Assembly (NCBI GenBank): GCA_947626095.1
Contig: CANQQV010000024.1
Span: forward strand, 1-18,922
Length of the DNA stretch: 18,922 nt
From: an uncultured Bacilli bacterium
GTDB taxonomy: Bacteria > Bacillota_I > Bacilli_A > RF39 > UBA660
Direction of reading: 5' to 3'
Shown: positions 16,565 to 18,922 of the stretch, piece after piece
Layout of the letters: every line of letters starts with the position of its first letter
Position numbering within the stretch: the stretch's first letter is position 1
The notes under the pieces: generated by a model
Told to the model about the DNA's origin: nothing
Database searches by the model: none
The model's input: the letters and a program-made list of their open reading frames with translations, nothing else
Position numbers and translations under genes: made by a program

Positions 16565-17707
16565 ATGAGTAAGAAAAAAATAACTGATAAAGATTTTGCC
16601 CAAATGGAAAAACTTCCTAATAATCGCAATAAATATATAAAAAGAGGTTTTAACTTTTATATTTCTTATACCTTGAGAGTTTTAATCATGTTTGGTCTTG
16701 TTGCAATTATTGGTTTATTAATTTATTTCTGTTTTGAAAATGGTTTTTCTAAAACTAAAACCATTTCCTTAGATTATGAAGAAAAGGATAGTATTGATTA
16801 TGATATCAAATTACTAGATCAACAAAACAATCCTTTTGGTTCAGGAGCTTTAACTCCTGGTAATTACTATATATCAGATATCATCGATGATATTAGTACA
16901 GATTTATATTATGAATACACTTTAAGTGAAAAAGCTGATATTAAATATACATACTCAGTAGATGCTGCCCTAAAAATAATTGATGAAACATCAAAAAGAG
17001 AATTATCAGATGGAGCTAATTTTAATTTAGTTGAAGACACCGCAAAAGAAGAAAAGAATGTTAATAAAATCGAAATAGCTCAAAATATTAACTTAGATTA
17101 TGACTACTACAATAAAATGGCTAAATCAGTTAAAGAAATGTATAGTGATAAAGATTCTAACATCAATGGTTATATTTTATTAAAATTATATATTAATATT
17201 GAAACTATTCATCAAGATTTCGATGAACCATTAAATAAAGATACAAGTGTTGAAGTCAAAATCCCATTATTATCTAATCAAGTTAGTATTGAAAAGATTA
17301 GTGATAATAATAAAAAAGATAGCTATGTCAAACATTTTTCTCCAGAACCAGCTGTTGAATTATTATTGTATGTTGGTATTGTCTTACTAATTCTTGATAC
17401 TATCTTATTCTTATTATCTGTTAACTTCGTTATTAAAACTCTACCAAGAAAAACACCATACTGCTTAATAAGAGATAATATCTTAAAACACTATAATAAA
17501 ATAATTGTTAATAGTCGTAAAATACCAGATTTATCAGGTTATAATGTAATTGACTGTGTATCATTTAAAGAATTATTAGATGCTCAAAAAATAATTGATA
17601 AACCAATTATATACTATGAAATAATTAAAAAACAAAAATGTATCTTTGTAATTATTAATGTCACAGATGCTTATCGCTTTATCTTAAAAGAAGCTGATAT
17701 TGATTAA
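16565..17707 (+). CDS. Two-TM membrane protein with large extracellular domain, DUF5305-like
   Basis: Two hydrophobic segments flank an approximately 200-aa domain. The C-terminal 'SFKELLDAQ....KPIIYY......CIF.I' pattern resembles DUF5305 (recalled, not searched). Extended -10 TGaTATACT at 16528-16536. Confidence 0.6.
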   Translation: MSKKKITDKDFAQMEKLPNNRNKYIKRGFNFYISYTLRVLIMFGLVAIIGLLIYFCFENGFSKTKTISLDYEEKDSIDYDIKLLDQQNNPFGSGALTPGNYYISDIIDDISTDLYYEYTLSEKADIKYTYSVDAALKIIDETSKRELSDGANFNLVEDTAKEEKNVNKIEIAQNINLDYDYYNKMAKSVKEMYSDKDSNINGYILLKLYINIETIHQDFDEPLNKDTSVEVKIPLLSNQVSIEKISDNNKKDSYVKHFSPEPAVELLLYVGIVLLILDTILFLLSVNFVIKTLPRKTPYCLIRDNILKHYNKIIVNSRKIPDLSGYNVIDCVSFKELLDAQKIIDKPIIYYEIIKKQKCIFVIINVTDAYRFILKEADID

Positions 17708-17725
17708 TTATAGTTAAATGTCACA

Positions 17726-17753
17726 AACATAAAAACACTTTTTACATATGATA
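17726..17753 (+). promoter_or_regulatory. Sigma-K-like sporulation promoter
   Basis: AC (17727-17728), 16-nt spacer, CATATGATA (17745-17753) matches AC-N16-CATAnnnTA, directly upstream of the cotD-like gene. Confidence 0.6.
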
Positions 17754-17773
17754 AAGTAGAAAGGATTGTTTTT

Positions 17774-18046
17774 ATGTTTTTAAATAGATGTTACGAAAAT
17801 GAAAATATGGTTCCTGATATGGGAATGACTATGCCTTCTTGTGGCGGATGTACATGTCCTCCAGTTATGGAATGTCCTCAAGAAAGAGTTTGTCATCGTC
17901 AAATGAATTACGAGGTTCCTCATATTATACCTGTTAATACAAGAATTATTAATCATCATGTATATCGTCACACTTATCAACCAGTATTTACTAGTACTTC
18001 TGAAGATGAAGTAAGTAATATATATGATAATAAATGTGGTTATTAA
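17774..18046 (+). CDS. cotD: CotD-family inner spore coat protein
   Basis: PPVMECPQERVCHRQMNYEVPHIIPVNTRIINHHVYRHTYQP aligns by eye with the CotD core (P.V.P......H......VPHIHP.HT..VNH....H.H.FP); His/Cys/Pro-rich; SD GAAAGGA. Confidence 0.78.
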   Translation: MFLNRCYENENMVPDMGMTMPSCGGCTCPPVMECPQERVCHRQMNYEVPHIIPVNTRIINHHVYRHTYQPVFTSTSEDEVSNIYDNKCGY

Positions 18047-18065
18047 AAGGCTTTAAAGCCTTTTA
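18044..18065. terminator. Terminator after cotD-like gene
   Basis: Perfect 22-bp palindrome TAAAAGGCTTTAAAGCCTTTTA. Confidence 0.7.
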
Positions 18066-18117
18066 TTTATATACTAATATTTCTTACAATATGTTATAAT
18101 GATTATGGGTGAAGTAT

Positions 18118-18492
18118 ATGAAAGAAAAAAATGGTTATACAACATTACAAATGTTAATAGTTATTGGTGTCTTAGGTATCGTTACTTTAGCTTTAATCGG
18201 TACTACTTCATATGCTTACAAAGATAAATCAAATGATTATTATGACGAAAAAGTCCATTTAATAATTAAACAAGCTGAGTTATATGGTGCAACATCTGAA
18301 ACTTTAAAAAATGAGGGGAACTTAAATATTACAGTTAATGACTTAGTTAAAGCAGGCTACTTTGTTCCAGACGATAAAGAAGGTAATATTATCGATCCTC
18401 GTAATAGCAAAGCCAACCTTAATGGTTTAAGGATTAACTTAATCTATAATGACGATGGAACAGTTAACGCTAATGTTATCGAAGAAGAGTAA
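18118..18492 (+). CDS. Type IV pilin-like / pseudopilin with prepilin N-terminal cleavage motif
   Basis: MKEKNG|YTTLQMLIVIGVLGIVTLALI class III signal; 'ITVNDLVKAGY...IIDPRN' pattern as in Gram-positive pilins; extended -10 TGtTATAAT at 18092-18100. Confidence 0.75.
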   Translation: MKEKNGYTTLQMLIVIGVLGIVTLALIGTTSYAYKDKSNDYYDEKVHLIIKQAELYGATSETLKNEGNLNITVNDLVKAGYFVPDDKEGNIIDPRNSKANLNGLRINLIYNDDGTVNANVIEEE

Positions 18493-18505
18493 TTCTTCTT
18501 TTTTT
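18482..18505 (+). terminator. Terminator after pilin gene
   Basis: AAGAAGA-gtaat-TCTTCTTTTTTT. Confidence 0.6.
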
Positions 18506-18603
18506 GACAAAATATTTTTGTAAAATACTTGTCAAAAATAAAGGTAAATACTATATAAAAAAAATAAAATTAGATATTATAGTATTGTAAGGGCGTGATG
18601 AAT

Positions 18604-18801
18604 GTGATATATCCTTCAATAGATAAGTTGCTTAATATTGTTGATTCTAAATATAAATTAGTACATATAGCAGCTAGGAGAAGTAAACAGATGCTTGAAA
18701 ATAAACATTTTCAAATGAAGCAAAGTGAATATGTCAACAAAAAAGAATTAGGAAGAGCATTAGAGGAAGTTGAAAAAGGATTAATTACTATTAAAGAGTA
18801 A
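18604..18801 (+). CDS. rpoZ: RNA polymerase omega subunit
   Basis: MIYPSIDKLL..VDSKYKLV.IAARR..Q...K....ALEEV..G matches Firmicute RpoZ. Start is most likely GTG 18604. Confidence 0.92.
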   Translation: MIYPSIDKLLNIVDSKYKLVHIAARRSKQMLENKHFQMKQSEYVNKKELGRALEEVEKGLITIKE

Positions 18802-18814
18802 TTAATTTTTTTGC

Positions 18815-18836
18815 AAAAAAAAACCACTAAGTGGTT
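18815..18836 (-). terminator. Terminator of a convergent minus-strand gene
   Basis: A9-CCAC-taa-GTGGTT hairpin with the U-tract on the minus strand. Confidence 0.6.
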
Positions 18837-18853
18837 AATTATGAATGGTTGTA

Positions 18854-18922
18854 TTATAAATAGTGTTGGTGAGAAATCTCTTCACTATTTTTTATTTCAT
18901 CAAAAAGACATAAGTTTGTTAC
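18854..18922 (-). CDS. Possible 3' end of a convergent gene (partial)
   Basis: Minus frame reads VTNLCLFDEIKNSEEISHQHYL then TAA, just before the minus-strand terminator. Too short to identify. Confidence 0.35.
   Translation of the reverse strand, partial: VTNLCLFDEIKNSEEISHQHYL

Noticed and set aside
6048-18117. GTG starts given by the ORF track for gpsB, ftsY, ffh, the DUF5305-like gene and the pilin
   Set aside because: Each GTG is in or next to the GGTGA Shine-Dalgarno; the ATG 9-12 nt downstream is the better start.
278-18801. No TGA stops among called genes, suggesting genetic code 4
   Set aside because: Trp is TGG in the cases checked and no gene is interrupted by TGA; TAA/TAG preference is expected at this AT content.

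Overview
AT-rich chromosomal window from a low-GC Bacilli-type Firmicute (it resembles RF39/Erysipelotrichales-like genomes; this assignment is inference only). From 2.5 kb onward it is mostly core genes: ponA-recU, gpsB-rnpB, rodZ-like-pgsA-recA-rny, rnjA, ftsY-ylxM-tmk-ffh, a DUF5305-like membrane protein, a CotD-like spore coat protein, an orphan pilin and rpoZ. The unusual part is 1-2460. It holds the 3' end of a cell-wall-anchored surface protein gene, then an Rpn-family PD-(D/E)XK nuclease gene with an internal promoter, SD and ATG, then a 446-codon surface-protein cassette that the ORF track misses. The cassette is fully open but has no start codon. It begins halfway through a signal peptide at a 10-2-10 inverted repeat, and its 3' 162 bp match the upstream copy at 160/162 up to the last sense codon, after which the stop codon is missing. 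This layout resembles a silent donor cassette of a surface-antigen variation system linked to an Rpn nuclease. Other notable items are a 30-aa unannotated ORF before gpsB, a sigma-K-like promoter on cotD, DnaA boxes before rny, and a very acidic FtsY N-terminal tract.
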